Below, piece after piece: positions 31,240-43,000 of a DNA stretch of 64,000 bases. The stretch is from the NCBI GenBank assembly GCA_977018835.1, contig OZ361258.1:1054001-1118000 (forward strand). Reading direction: 5' to 3'. Positions within the stretch are counted from its first letter, which is position 1. Each line of letters opens with the position of its first letter. The notes under the pieces were generated by a model that was given only the letters and a program-made list of their open reading frames with translations, made no database searches and was not told the DNA's origin. The position numbers were made by a program, and so were the translations under genes. Source of the DNA: Minutocellus sp. GHC0000111. Taxonomy: Eukaryota.

Positions 31240-34212
31240 GTAGAAGTCAGTGTCTTATGCGGAGGTAGAATGAGATTTAGGATACCTCTTTATGTTGGTT
31301 GTACGGCTGTGACGTGAGCTGAGCTGCCTCGTGACGCCACATGTAAATTTATTTTTACAGTACAGTAGCAGCACAAGATTCTTGATACCTGCGGCAATAC
31401 AGTGTAGAAGAGTCCCAAAGGCACGAGAATGCTCCACCACTACAATGAAGGGATTGCCGCCATCCAAATTGATCGAGATCGAGTGGCGTTGCACACGCAA
31501 TACGGAGGAGCTACGCTAGCAATCACCACCGTGCCTCGCCTAATCGGCCTCGCCGTTGATGCCGAGCATCTCATCGTGCTATCGAAAGATGGGGTCGTCC
31601 AATTGTTTCACATCAACAAGGGTGGAATCACGTTGAGGTCTCAATTCGCTGTCAAATTCGCTGTGGCAGTGGCTCTGTATCGAGATTCGATCTTTGTGGC
31701 AGCGAATAGGGGCACGAGGTTGCAGGTGCTCGAATTGGATGGCACACATCGTCTTTCAGTGCCATATCCTGATGCTGCCATAACGCATCTATCTGTAAAC
31801 TCGGACTTCTTAGCGGTGGCCACCTCACAACGTGAAATTCATCTACTAGATGTGACGACTGGAGAGCCTCAAGAAGTGGCGAGTCCGATTCCCTTGGAAG
31901 AATCTGGGGGCTCCATTGATCAAGTCGGTTGCAACGCAGATGGAACCTGGGTTTCGGTAACAGTTGACGATGGCCAGAAATCTTCGTCGGCCGTGTATCT
32001 CTGCAAATTTGCTTCTTGCGACCTTTCTGGATCCACTGATTCATCAGAAAGAGTTGTGAAAGCGGCCCTGCCTTCCGATTTGACCGTTTCTACGGTCCGA
32101 AAGCATTGCTGGGATCCCGCTGAAGCCAACGTCATGGTTTGCGAGTATAGTGAAGGCGCCGCCGTGCTCTTTGTTACTGAACAGGGACAAATTGTCGTCG
32201 AGGGAGATCGAGTTCCAAAGAAGAATTTAGCCGGTAAGCTTCTCGGACTTGACTTTCCACGGCTATACTCAGCGGAGATTGAGTATAGCGATGATACTAC
32301 TTCTACTACGAGTAGTACTCACCACAACTCCAGAGATGCTAAGACATGCGATATTGTTTTGTCAACCACCGTACTAAAATCATTTCGGGGCATGGAAGAC
32401 GAAGGGCCCTCAACCCTCTCGGCATTGGTCCAGTTCGCTTACTTTACGGCACTCGGTGATTTGGAGAAGGCGTACATTTCCATTCAATTGGTCAAGAGGT
32501 CGGAGATATGGGAGAGGCTCTGCAAACTCGGTATTAAGCAAAAGAATTTGTCCCTGGTGGAGAGATGTCTACCAAATATCAAAAATGGAGAAGAGATCAT
32601 AAAGGCGGCCGTCAAACGAGGCCGAAAGAATGGCGTTGATGGAGATAAAGGAGGTGGTGAGAAAATTGCTACCCTGGCGGCCATCGCCTTGGAGCTTGGA
32701 TTCACTGAGGAAGCCGAACAGCTTTTGGAGCAATGTTCTCGGTACGACCTCTTGGGTGATCTGCTGCGCTCTCAAGACCGGTGGGATGAAGCTCTGCTTG
32801 TGGTCCAAGAGCACGGAGATGAAACTCTGCTTGCGGAGACCCACTACAAATACGCCGAGTATCTCGAAAAGACCGTTGGAGAGGAAGCCTTGGCTGTCGA
32901 TCATTACATCCTCTCTGGACGTGTTAAGGAGTTTTTGGAACGGCTGGTAGAGAGTGGACGCCTCGCAGAAGCTGAAAATTTCGTGGTAAAGTCCAAGGAA
33001 ATTGAGCTATTCTCGTGGCTTGCCCAAAAGCATGAGCAAGCCAACAACATGACCGCTGCCATGGAGCTCTATCAACTGGCTGGAGATGATCTCGGTCTTG
33101 CTCGTCTAGCCTTGCGCCGAGACGACGTCGATACGGCAACAGCGATTGCCGAAAATGGAGACGCTACCGTTGTCCGTCACGTGGCCTTGCATCTTGAGGA
33201 TGTGGGCGAAGCTCAACGGGCAATATCTCTGTTCACTCGAGGTTGCATGTTGGACGATGCCATGCGTTTGGCAAAGCAGTACGGTTTGCACTCGGAAATT
33301 GTAGAGGCTGCTCTCAATAGCAGTGGAGATCCAGAACAAATCGGCAAGTGTGCTAATTGGCTGGAAGAATGTGGACAGCTTGCACGTGCGGCACAATTGT
33401 ATGCCAAGGATGGCATCAAATCAAAGGCGCTTGAACTCTGCCTGCGGATTGATGATGATGACGGTAATGGTGTCGAGCAAGAGTTGAAACTACTCTTCTC
33501 GTCCATCATCGATGATATCGACGATGTTTCTACCCTGACTGATGCCGAGGTTTCAACATATGCTCGTCGATTCATCACCTGGGGTCTAGGAGAATCTGCA
33601 TTTGACTTTCTCGTCAAGTCCCGGGGACAATACACGACCTTCTTTTCCTCGTTTGCGTCCCTTTGCAGCGATCGGGGTGACCATCGATTGGCCTCGAAAA
33701 TGTATGCCAAGGCGGGCGATAAAATCTCCTCTCTCAAATGCTTGGTTCAGCTAAAGGATACCACCACCATCATTGCTTTCGCCAAGGCTGCGAGGGTGGA
33801 CGAGGCATACGAGATTGCCGCAAGTTACTTGCAATCTCTTCCAGAATGGACTCAAGATGAGCAGTAAGTCAGCACAATCCTCTCCTTTCTCGCCAAGGCC
33901 GATAACTATGGCAAGCTCATGCAGGTGCACGAGGAATTAGCACGGGCGTGTGTTGACGAGGGAGAAAATTATGAAAAGGCTCTAGAACTCCTCACTCAAG
34001 GAGCTTCTTATGTCGAGAAGATTGACGACACACACGAGCGAGCTACACTGGGCCGACAATTCCAACGAATGCTGTACTCGGTGACCCGCGCGTATCAGTC
34101 TCATAGAAATGCGGAAAAACATAGCAGAGACTGTTGTAGCGCATAACATGAACCTATTAGTGCCGAAGCATCCTTAATCGGGGGCTTTTTGCTTTCGGTT
34201 GTTGCTGATGAA

Positions 34213-35562
34213 TTAGAAGTACATGTAGAATGCCCAGGTCACGCCAAGCTCCTCAAGCTGTCGGTGGCGCAATTCATCTAGCTTTCCCTCCTTGAATTCC
34301 ATCCGCTGTCTGTTCAGCCAAGTGCCAAGATTGATTCCTTCCTCCACGTGGCGTTTCGGAACATCGCAATGACCTTCCCGCTCATGATACCGTACCAGCA
34401 AGTCAAAGTTTTGCTCCCACAGATTTGTGTACACATCCCAGACAACACCGACATCCTCGAGCCGCTGACGGCGCGATTCTTCTAGCTTTCCCTCCTTGAA
34501 CGCCGTCCGCTGATGGGTCAACCACCTGCTAAGATTGATTCCGTCCTCCGTAACGTGGCCCGTTGGAACATCACAATGCCCCTCTCGCTCATGATACCGT
34601 ACCAGCAAGTCAAAATGCTGATCCCACTTGTCTGCGAGCAAATCCCAGACCACATCGAGATCCTCGAGCCGCTGACGACGCGATTCGTCTAGCTTTCCCT
34701 TCTTGAACATCTTCCGCTGTCTTTGCAACCACTGGCCAAGATTGATTCCTTCCTCCTGGTGGGAGACAGGAATGTTGCAGTGACCTTCCCGCTCATGATA
34801 CCGTACCAGCGAGTCAAAATGCTGATCCCACTGACTCGAACTCTTCCGTCCGCCCCTCCACCCCAAATTCTTCCAGCTGCCCTCTATCCTCTCTAGCTTA
34901 GCCTCTCCTTCGGGATTGAGTTTGCCCTCCTTCTTCAACTTCTTGAGTCTTTTCACCTCGGCAGCCCTAGCCCTACCACCAAAAGTGCCCACAGCCCTGT
35001 GAAGAGTCAGAAGAGAAACCATCGACAGAGTCAAGTCATCGTCTTTGTCCATCTCTTCATCTCGAATTAGAATATTCTCGATTTCCACTCGAAATTTGGT
35101 CAAAGACAGTGTTCCAAGGAAAACAGGAAGCGATAGATTATCAAGACGAGCATTGTCACCGTATAGCTCCCGACACATGGTGATCTCAAGGTGCAAAGGA
35201 CGGTCCTTTCTGCCAGTGACGGAAACGAGCCCAGTCGCTGCATCATTAAGAAATTGCACACTATCATATCTACAGATCTTGTCTGGGGACCCTGCTAAGA
35301 AAGCACCGGTGAGCGTAATTTCAGCGCCACCTCCTTCTTTCACGTCACCAAATGGAATGGGGATAGCAATGCCATTGATCAACCGTCGGCTAGGAAAATA
35401 CCCGCTAGTCTCTGTGTAAGTAAGGGCGAACGAATGAAGCGACTTCTTGAGTCCTCCCTTGAGATGTTGCTCGAAGCGACCCTTTTCAACCTTGGGATTG
35501 TGAAAGACCTGCATGGCTGTGTAGCCGACGTAAATGAGTGCGACAGAGGGATTCGCAACCAT
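34213..35562 (-). CDS. Helicase-associated (HA) repeat protein inserted antisense inside IFT140
   Basis: Three repeats of WDQHFDLLVRYHEREGHCDVP...NLGxWLxxQR...GKLDESRRQRLEDLxVVW. N-terminal region unassigned. Confidence 0.85.
   Translation of the reverse strand: MVANPSVALIYVGYTAMQVFHNPKVEKGRFEQHLKGGLKKSLHSFALTYTETSGYFPSRRLINGIAIPIPFGDVKEGGGAEITLTGAFLAGSPDKICRYDSVQFLNDAATGLVSVTGRKDRPLHLEITMCRELYGDNARLDNLSLPVFLGTLSLTKFRVEIENILIRDEEMDKDDDLTLSMVSLLTLHRAVGTFGGRARAAEVKRLKKLKKEGKLNPEGEAKLERIEGSWKNLGWRGGRKSSSQWDQHFDSLVRYHEREGHCNIPVSHQEEGINLGQWLQRQRKMFKKGKLDESRRQRLEDLDVVWDLLADKWDQHFDLLVRYHEREGHCDVPTGHVTEDGINLSRWLTHQRTAFKEGKLEESRRQRLEDVGVVWDVYTNLWEQNFDLLVRYHEREGHCDVPKRHVEEGINLGTWLNRQRMEFKEGKLDELRHRQLEELGVTWAFYMYF
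34230..34835. repeat. Three near-identical tandem DNA repeats encoding HA domains (periods 207 and 204 bp)
   Basis: ctcatgataccgtaccagc recurs at 34381, 34588 and 34792. Confidence 0.9.
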
Positions 35563-36038
35563 GGGATCTACGCGTGTTTTGTCCGAGCCAAAAAGAATTT
35601 AAACCTCAGTACAGAGCCAATGGAATTGTTTTGTGCAGAGGCTGCCAGGGAGGATGAAATGAACAGTATAGTTCGAGTGGAGCATGGGATCAAAGCTCTT
35701 GTTCTACGATATGTCTCTCTGCATCGGTATCAAGACTCATACGACCTAATTCAAGCCATGGACTATCCCTCCCGATACATATCGAGAGACATCATGGAGC
35801 AGGTTTGGACTGCCTGTAACCAAGATCCCAGGGAAGTTGCAGAGATCATTGCTGACGATGAGAATCGTAACGATAACTCAATGTTATCTAGCCACGGCAA
35901 GCTGGACGATGGTCAAGATAGCATTACGGACGAGGAGAGAACAGTTTTGAGCGGCTTGGGACTGAACTTCTAACTAGAGCAGTGGTAGAGTTTTTAACAC
36001 GCATTATCTAATCTAATTCTTTCTAATACGTATTACTT

Positions 36039-36948
36039 TTACTCCAGCTTATTCTTCTCCAAGCTCTCATAAATCGTTCTAAAAGCGTCGTCTTTGATAA
36101 CCGCGGGTTCTGATCTTATCACTTTGCCTCCTTTGCCAATGGTAGCAATGTTATGGACGCAGACAAAATGGACATTTGTACCAACGTAAAATTCAAGGAG
36201 TACCTTGTCGTCGCTGAGAGCCTTGACGGTGGTGCCACATACTTTTCTTCCTTCATCGTCGGCGACAGAACCCACGTAATTGCGAAAGAAGCTTCGGTCC
36301 TTGATACCGTCTTCTGTTACCAAGACAAAATCGTCTGCGAAAAGTTGGTCAAACAGTTCCTGATGAGCAACATCGGCGCCGGAAGATCCGTCAAAAGTTC
36401 CAAGGAACCGACGATAGAGCTCCACACACATGGCTGGTAGACTCGTGTTGTTGCTCAGCAAGAGCCTCGACCCTGCCAACCATATCACCAAATTCACCTG
36501 TAGTGACGACCTTGATGACCTGACCGTCGTCGTTGAAAAACGCTCGCTGGTAGGTGACATCTCCATCTTCGCCGGGAAGGTGGTTGTTGACGACGCTGGT
36601 GAGAGTACCGTCGCCATTGTCAATGACCTCCATCAGCTCCGAAACGCATCCCTTGGGAATAAAGTGAGTTTTGACGAGATGGATGAGATCGTCGTAGCGC
36701 ATGTCGGGGTGTTGGTCGGACTCGAGTACCACGTCAGGATGGACAGTCTTTTCGAATTCCTTCTCAATTCTTTCAAAGGAATCTAGCTTGCCATCGAGGG
36801 TTGCAAAGTAGGCCTTGATGGCGGCGATCTTGTCGCTCATGTCATTTTGAGGGGCTTTCGCGTCGATTGTAGTCGAGATGGTGGCCTCGGCGTCGGCATC
36901 GACATCAACACGTGTGATGCTGCTTCTGTTGTTGGCTTTGATGACCAT
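36039..36948 (-). CDS. Tandem SnoaL/NTF2-like domain protein, frameshifted in a (TG)4 run near 36430
   Basis: Two similar ~115 aa domains (YFATLDG...HPDVVL...GQVIKV and FLGTFDG...ADDFVL...GKVIRSEP) lie in different frames overlapping at cat-gtgtgtg-gag. Confidence 0.6.
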
Positions 36949-37246
36949 GATTGGTGTGGTTGGATTGGATTTGTTGCTTCGGAAGTATCTGATTTTGGTT
37001 TTGTGAGAGAGTAGCAGGTTCAAATCGTTGGTTTCATTCCGCCGTGCCGACTTTGGCTCTCAAGACCGGCGTTGTCTCGAGGAGCAAACCCTGCATGGGA
37101 GGCTCATTCGACTGAAAATCAAAAATACTCCCCTCATGACACATTGGTGCTAAATTTGTGAAAAGTTGGACCGAGAGTGGAAATATCGAAGTAAACCGTC
37201 ATTTCTCAACGATGAACCTGTCCCCGTGCCGTCAGCGTTTGTAACC

Positions 37247-38404
37247 ATGACCACACTCTGGGTGGGCGGAACATCCGCCTTGGCGGCAACCTACTTTGAG
37301 GAGCAGCTGGATGTCGCCACCGATGCTCAGAAGAATGGCACGAGCACCACCCCTCGATCGTTTGTGCTGGCCGCGCCGCACCCTCCAGAATCGAGTTGGA
37401 TTGACGACCTGTCGCGAAGTAGCTCCAGATATGTCCCATTTGACATTACCTGTCGGTTATCAATCGATGAATTCTTCGCCACCCTCCAAGAAATGAAGAT
37501 AGCTGGCTGCATTTCAACAATCATCTTTGGCATGAGAGCATCGCTGATTGCAGGCTGCGAAATCGACCATTTGAGCATGACGAACAATATTGCCTACTTC
37601 CTCGACACGGCATCCGTCTACTTTCCAGAACTTGCGGGAGTTCTCCACGTCAGTTCCGTTGCCGTGATGAATCATACGCAGCCGCAGCATATGCTGAACG
37701 AAGATGCGCCGCTTCCGCCCCTTGCGTCTTACCAATCGCCATACGATGTGATGAAAAGAACGACAGAAGAGGTCATTGCCGAGGCATGCCAAAAGAACAA
37801 TCTCAAATCAGTGCAACTGAGGATAAGTGGAATCTTCTCAAATGAAATTGGGCACAATTGCATTCAAATGAGTGCCATTCGGTTGCAGGCATATATTGGG
37901 TGCTACATTCGGACACCGTTGGACATGAACACCGGTCTCAACGTATGTCATGCTATTCGATTGCTTCTCGCGAGGATGGAGGAGAGTCCATCGTCCCCGA
38001 TGAGCAAAAAAGGCGAGGATGATGAGGTAGATGGGCCTCGCCGGCTCCGACCCGTCTACTACTATACCCGACCCACAATCGAACCCAAACCATACGGCCA
38101 AAATTTAATTCATTACCGTCGAGCTCATGGCATTCGCGTCAAGGTTGACATATGGGAGGGTTTTGCACGCCTGTTTCTTTGGGCGGTGATTTATTGTTTT
38201 GGGAAGCTCGCTACTTTGAACAAGAATATTCTTTGCGTACTCGATAATATTGCCTATCTACTTACGGTGAGCCTAGTGGAGCATACTTTTGATTGTTCGC
38301 GAATACGTGAAGATTTTCCAGAGCTAACATCAGCAGAGGAGACAACATTCCAAGGATTTGTCCGAATTAAGAAACGGCGAGAGGAGAGGGCTCGGTGTGA
38401 CTAA
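37247..38404 (+). CDS. Extended SDR / NAD-dependent epimerase (3-beta-HSD-like)
   Basis: Degenerate WVGGTSALA; LHVSSVAV, YDVMK (YxxxK) and LRISGIF motifs. Confidence 0.75.
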   Translation: MTTLWVGGTSALAATYFEEQLDVATDAQKNGTSTTPRSFVLAAPHPPESSWIDDLSRSSSRYVPFDITCRLSIDEFFATLQEMKIAGCISTIIFGMRASLIAGCEIDHLSMTNNIAYFLDTASVYFPELAGVLHVSSVAVMNHTQPQHMLNEDAPLPPLASYQSPYDVMKRTTEEVIAEACQKNNLKSVQLRISGIFSNEIGHNCIQMSAIRLQAYIGCYIRTPLDMNTGLNVCHAIRLLLARMEESPSSPMSKKGEDDEVDGPRRLRPVYYYTRPTIEPKPYGQNLIHYRRAHGIRVKVDIWEGFARLFLWAVIYCFGKLATLNKNILCVLDNIAYLLTVSLVEHTFDCSRIREDFPELTSAEETTFQGFVRIKKRREERARCD

Positions 38405-38491
38405 AGAAGGGAGATATCTCAACGGGATACAATTGATTCTTTTTCACTAAACGGGGTTGAGAATACAGGCACAATGATCGGACATGCGACT

Positions 38492-39610
38492 TCAAAGAAG
38501 AGACAATAAAATGGCCATAGCGAAGATGGGAGGAGCTTTGGAGTACAAGGCAGCGGAGGATGTGATGCCATCGTCTTCGTTGCCATCAACATCACTATCA
38601 GATAGCATGGGTTCTTCTTTTGTCACGACCATTGCGTTGTCGGCAGCACTCGTTGGGTTGTCAGTGCCTGTAGATGGTCTACTTTTGTCGGGAAGGTCGC
38701 TCTCAGGGATGTCGGTGGTGTCTTCTTCGCACTTGCAACCAGCTACATTTGCTTCGGTCTGAATGTAGGTGCAAAATACATCATCAGCGGGTATGAAGGA
38801 AGCCTGCTGAGCTCCAGCGCCACAAGTGAGGCCTTCCTGCGTATCTACAATATGATCCGGATTGGTCAAAGTAGCACTGCTTCCACAGATCCTGCAGCCA
38901 TCGACGGTGCTGCCGCTACTATTGATGCAGCCGCAAAGGGAACCGATTGAATTTTGCATCAAGCGGCAAGTGTCGATGTTCACGGTAGACTCATCCGAGG
39001 GTGTAAGTACTGCCGTTTGTTCCATGGTGGGAAGAGTGTCGGAGGCTACATCAGTGGACATATTGGCGGTGGCAGCGTTGAGGAAACCGAGGCCAAGCTG
39101 GGCGAGACCGCACGACATAGAGTCGCCGTTGCCAAGATCCACGAGAACGTTGGGGTCTGGAACTGGCAAACCTTCGGAACAAAGGGTGCATACTTCCTTT
39201 ATGTTGGCAAGGACAGGAGGCTCAGGACAGCCACAAAAGGCAAAGCCGACCATTTGCAGCATTGGGCAGCTTTCGTCGTCGGCCGAAAAGGTTTTGACCA
39301 ATTCCATGCCATCAGAACAAGTCATTGTTTGAACCAGGTCCGGGGCGAAATCTCCGAGATCGATGGTGGCATCCAGAAATGTCGGTGTGAAACCTTTTGC
39401 GCATGGAGTGCAACAGTTGGTTCCATAGGTGGAAGTCTGGAGTCCTCGTTCAGCGGCTACAGGGAGTGGATATGACGATAACATATTCTTGGTTTGGGTA
39501 GATTTCACTTTCTCGGCAAGGATCTCAAAAGCACTTGGCTCTGCTTTAGCGATGGCCGACAATGCACGAGGAACCACAAGTGCAATCAATGTGAGGGAAT
39601 TAGCTTTCAT
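38492..39610 (-). CDS. Cys-rich secreted, probably GPI-anchored cell-surface protein with three repeats
   Basis: Signal peptide; repeated CxxC..G....PD...(T/S)C...C..xQ.....CGC units; Ser/Thr linker; hydrophobic C-terminus after SSA. Confidence 0.8.
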   Translation of the reverse strand: MKANSLTLIALVVPRALSAIAKAEPSAFEILAEKVKSTQTKNMLSSYPLPVAAERGLQTSTYGTNCCTPCAKGFTPTFLDATIDLGDFAPDLVQTMTCSDGMELVKTFSADDESCPMLQMVGFAFCGCPEPPVLANIKEVCTLCSEGLPVPDPNVLVDLGNGDSMSCGLAQLGLGFLNAATANMSTDVASDTLPTMEQTAVLTPSDESTVNIDTCRLMQNSIGSLCGCINSSGSTVDGCRICGSSATLTNPDHIVDTQEGLTCGAGAQQASFIPADDVFCTYIQTEANVAGCKCEEDTTDIPESDLPDKSRPSTGTDNPTSAADNAMVVTKEEPMLSDSDVDGNEDDGITSSAALYSKAPPIFAMAILLSLL

Positions 39611-40007
39611 GGTCTACTTGGATCTTTTATGCTTCTTTACTGACAATATTGATTGTTGCTGGAGAGGCACTCTTTGATATTATTATGCAATGGCAGATGA
39701 CAAGAGAGGGTGATACCTAGGTATTGGACAAGCAATGACATCAGACGGAGTGTCGAATCTTGCGGGGATAAGTAGAGACTCTACGACTCTGTACTAGAGA
39801 GCTAAAGTGAATCCCACGATACCTTGCTAGCTATGTAGGATTGAAATCGAGTATCCACGTTGGCGTGTTGAGATGATTGCACATGCTTGTCTGTGCTTGA
39901 AGAAAGCGTAGTTCGGCGGACGGACAGACCACACAGAGAAGCATGACAGCACGACGTGCTTCACAAAAGATACGCCCGCTAACCTCAAGCCCTCTGCCTA
40001 TCAAAGC

Positions 40008-43000
40008 ATGGAGGAATACACCGAAAGCAACGAGGTAAAGGGATCTCTGGTATCTGGAGGGATCGGGGGCAGCGGCGGTGGAAGCGGTATCAAGAGCGCT
40101 GCCGACGAATTCGCCGGCGCGCAACCAGCAAGACCGGGACCGGAACCGGAACCGGTGCAGGAGGCGCCAGCTGCCGATGCAGGCGTCGACCCACAATTAC
40201 CGTCCACTTCCACGCCTATGGAAGTCGACGCTGCATCTGTAAATAACCACGAGCTTGCTACGAATGAGGATGTGATGGATGAGGATAGTCCCATCTTTCT
40301 CACCGCCGTCTCGCATACTACCGAAAGCGACGCGGCGCCTGGCGGCGATGCTTCGGGTGACGAAGCTCCAGGAGGCGCCGATGTGGCGGAAGATGTGACC
40401 CAGGTCAAGGCCGAGGCTTCGACTATCGCCCCCGCAGAAATTAGTGCCAAGAACTATGATGTTGATGGGAAGGTTAGCCAAAATGCCAAAGCTTGTGCTG
40501 GAGGAGATGTATCCGCCGACCCAAACGGAGAGGTGATGGAGAGGCAGAACGACGATCCTGACGTAATGCCGGAACCGAATACTTCCAAAGGGGCGCCTGC
40601 GGAAGATGCTGCAAAAGATGCAAACATCGGAAAAGCAAGCATGGAGATCAATAACGAGGAAATGGGCAGATCTGCAGTCGATAGGGCCAGCGGAAAGCGA
40701 GAGAATCCTACCGATGGCGAAGGCGCCGACCAAATGGAGGTCGATGGAACTGATAAGGATCGCAAGCAATCAAAAGTGCCTGCTGCGAAAGATGGAAGGA
40801 GCGAACTGACAGCGACGGGTTCAAGATCTGACGGGGATCCTTGTGCGAACCTTGTCGGGGGCGATGCCATACCGATAGATGATATGGAGAAGTCGGGGGA
40901 AGGGATGGTCAAGAAAGCATCAGTACCAGGACTCAGCAAGCCAGAACTCAGCAAGGATGATGCCCTTCGGGCCCTCGGGAAGATGCCGCTGCCTGCGGAA
41001 CAATCGGGAAGGAAAACCACGTTGGGAAGACCAGCTTGCGCTCTTAATGGATGCAACAATGTGGAGCAGGGGCGGAGGAATCATTTCTTTTGCAAAAAGC
41101 ATTGCAGGATGTGGAGGGAGGCAAATCGCAAGGCTAAAGCAAGTGGAGGGAGTACAACTTCTGCTTCTGTCGTTGCCGGCGCTCCTTCCACTGCTGATGC
41201 TGATAATGATGGTGCCTCGACGCGCCGTTCGTCTACAAGCTCTTCCAAGCGACGCATCACCAGGAAGAGGAAGGAATACGACGAGGTTGTGACCGCCGGT
41301 AATGCAGGAGAAGTGGTATCGGAGGAGGTGCCGACACGAACGAGCAAGAGGGGGCGAAGAGCACAACGTGCGGGCACAACAACGCAGGACCAACCTTTAG
41401 AAGGTAGCCACGATGAAGAACTGCAAGCAGCTCTCCGCCTTTCCATCGAGGAAAGGGTGAAATCATCTGCAAGGAAAGCTAGTGCAGCGGCCGCATCCGC
41501 AGCATCGCTCCCGAACAAGAAGCGCAGATCTACGCGGTCGAGCAGTAATATTGATCGGCCATCACTCGTCAATCAGGTCGTTCGGTTGACGGGCAAGGGT
41601 GCACAGGAAATGGGAACTTCGAGGTTCATTGGTGGAGTTGATCCGCATCTTTACTTTGTGTTCAATTACAATCATAAGAACGACGAATGTGAGCTAGTTC
41701 CGATGCGCATAAAGGGCAAATTCAATGCGAGGGAAAGCAAAAACTTCCCGCAAAGCAAGGGGCGGGACAAGTGGATATTGTACTCCGAAAAAGAGTGCAA
41801 GGGTCAGGCGTGGAAAGCGACAGGACGAATGTTGGAAATCGTATCAGCAACAACCGTTGCCAATACTGCCGATGCTGACGATGAACGATGGTATGTCCAT
41901 GACGACGAGGTCGGCATACTGGTCCGGGACAGTGGTCAGGAGTCGAAATCCGCTGCCAAGTTCTTCCATAAACAATCTGTTTATGGTAAAGAAGAAGATG
42001 GCATCTTTTACAAGTCCAAGGAAAAAAAGAGAAGGTATAGCAAGGAAAATTCTTGTTGGGAATATGAGCTTCACTTTGTTGGGTGGGGTGCCAAGTATGA
42101 CCGATGGGTGCCCGAGCACGACATTGTGATTGAGCTTCCTCCGGGCGAGACTGCGGGGGTCATTCCCAATAGCAGCCCTGAAAAGAAAAAGAGTGCACCA
42201 ACAAGGGCGACTTTAGAGAAAAAACGAAAAAGCGGAGGCGGTAGCTCCGAATCTACAGGTAAGCCCTTGCCAAGCTATCAAATACTTGTGCGAAGAGAAG
42301 CGAGGGCTTGCCCTTTTTGTCTGTTTCATCATTGCTCCAACTTGACCATCTCCGTAATCCCATTTTCTTCATTTCATCCCTGGATCTTGTTCATTCATCG
42401 CAGGTACGAGTATCTATGCCAAGTGTAGCTCAAGTAATGATGATGGGTCGCCGAGCCACCACCATTCGACTGACGGTGAAGAAATGCTGCAAGTGCAGTG
42501 GATTCTTGGTCGGCGTTGGAATACTGGGTCTCGCCAAATAGAATTTCTCACAGTCTGGAGGGGTTTTGAGGATGATCCCTCAGAGTACACCTGGGAGCCC
42601 GAGAGTAATTTCTCAATCCGATCCCTAGCAATTTTTAAACAAATGTGGGGGAAAGGAAATGACCCTCCACTCAACGGCAAAGAGGAAATGTTGAGTGAGC
42701 GCGATATCGAGAAATTGAAGGAGCTTGAGAATTCTCGTGGCACCAAGGCGTCCTCATCAACAAGTGTGTCCATCGAAAACAATTCCTCATCCTCCTCGCC
42801 TTCTTCCTCGGTAAGGCGTTCAACGAGAATGCGAACAACGGTTCTGGACGTAACCGAGTCTGATGATGGCGGCGGAAAGATGGACGAGGTTGACTCGATG
42901 AACACCAAATCGGGCCATGGGTCCGGTGCGACACCATTACGAAGCGCCTCGGAGGTTGTTTGGACGCCGGTGAACGAGTGTATTTTACTTCTCACGGCTC

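Larger units (their letters stand above)
31429..35973 (+). pseudogene. IFT140: IFT140 (intraflagellar transport complex A): N-terminally truncated, in-frame TAA at 33865, interrupted by an insertion at ~34094-35570
   Basis: HCWDPAEANVMVCE, FAYFTALGDLEKAYISIQLVKRSEIWERLCK, CSRYDLL, THYKYAEYLE, ASKMYAKAGDK and AASYLQSL. Read-through of the TAA gives VSTILSFLAKA...ENYEKA. The C-terminus FVRAKK...IVRVEH...YISRDIMEQVW resumes at ~35572. Confidence 0.85.

Noticed and set aside
33864..33924. Intron starting at GTAAGT removing the IFT140 TAA
   Set aside because: Nearby acceptors give either a 34-nt intron or an out-of-frame join, and the read-through peptide aligns with IFT140.
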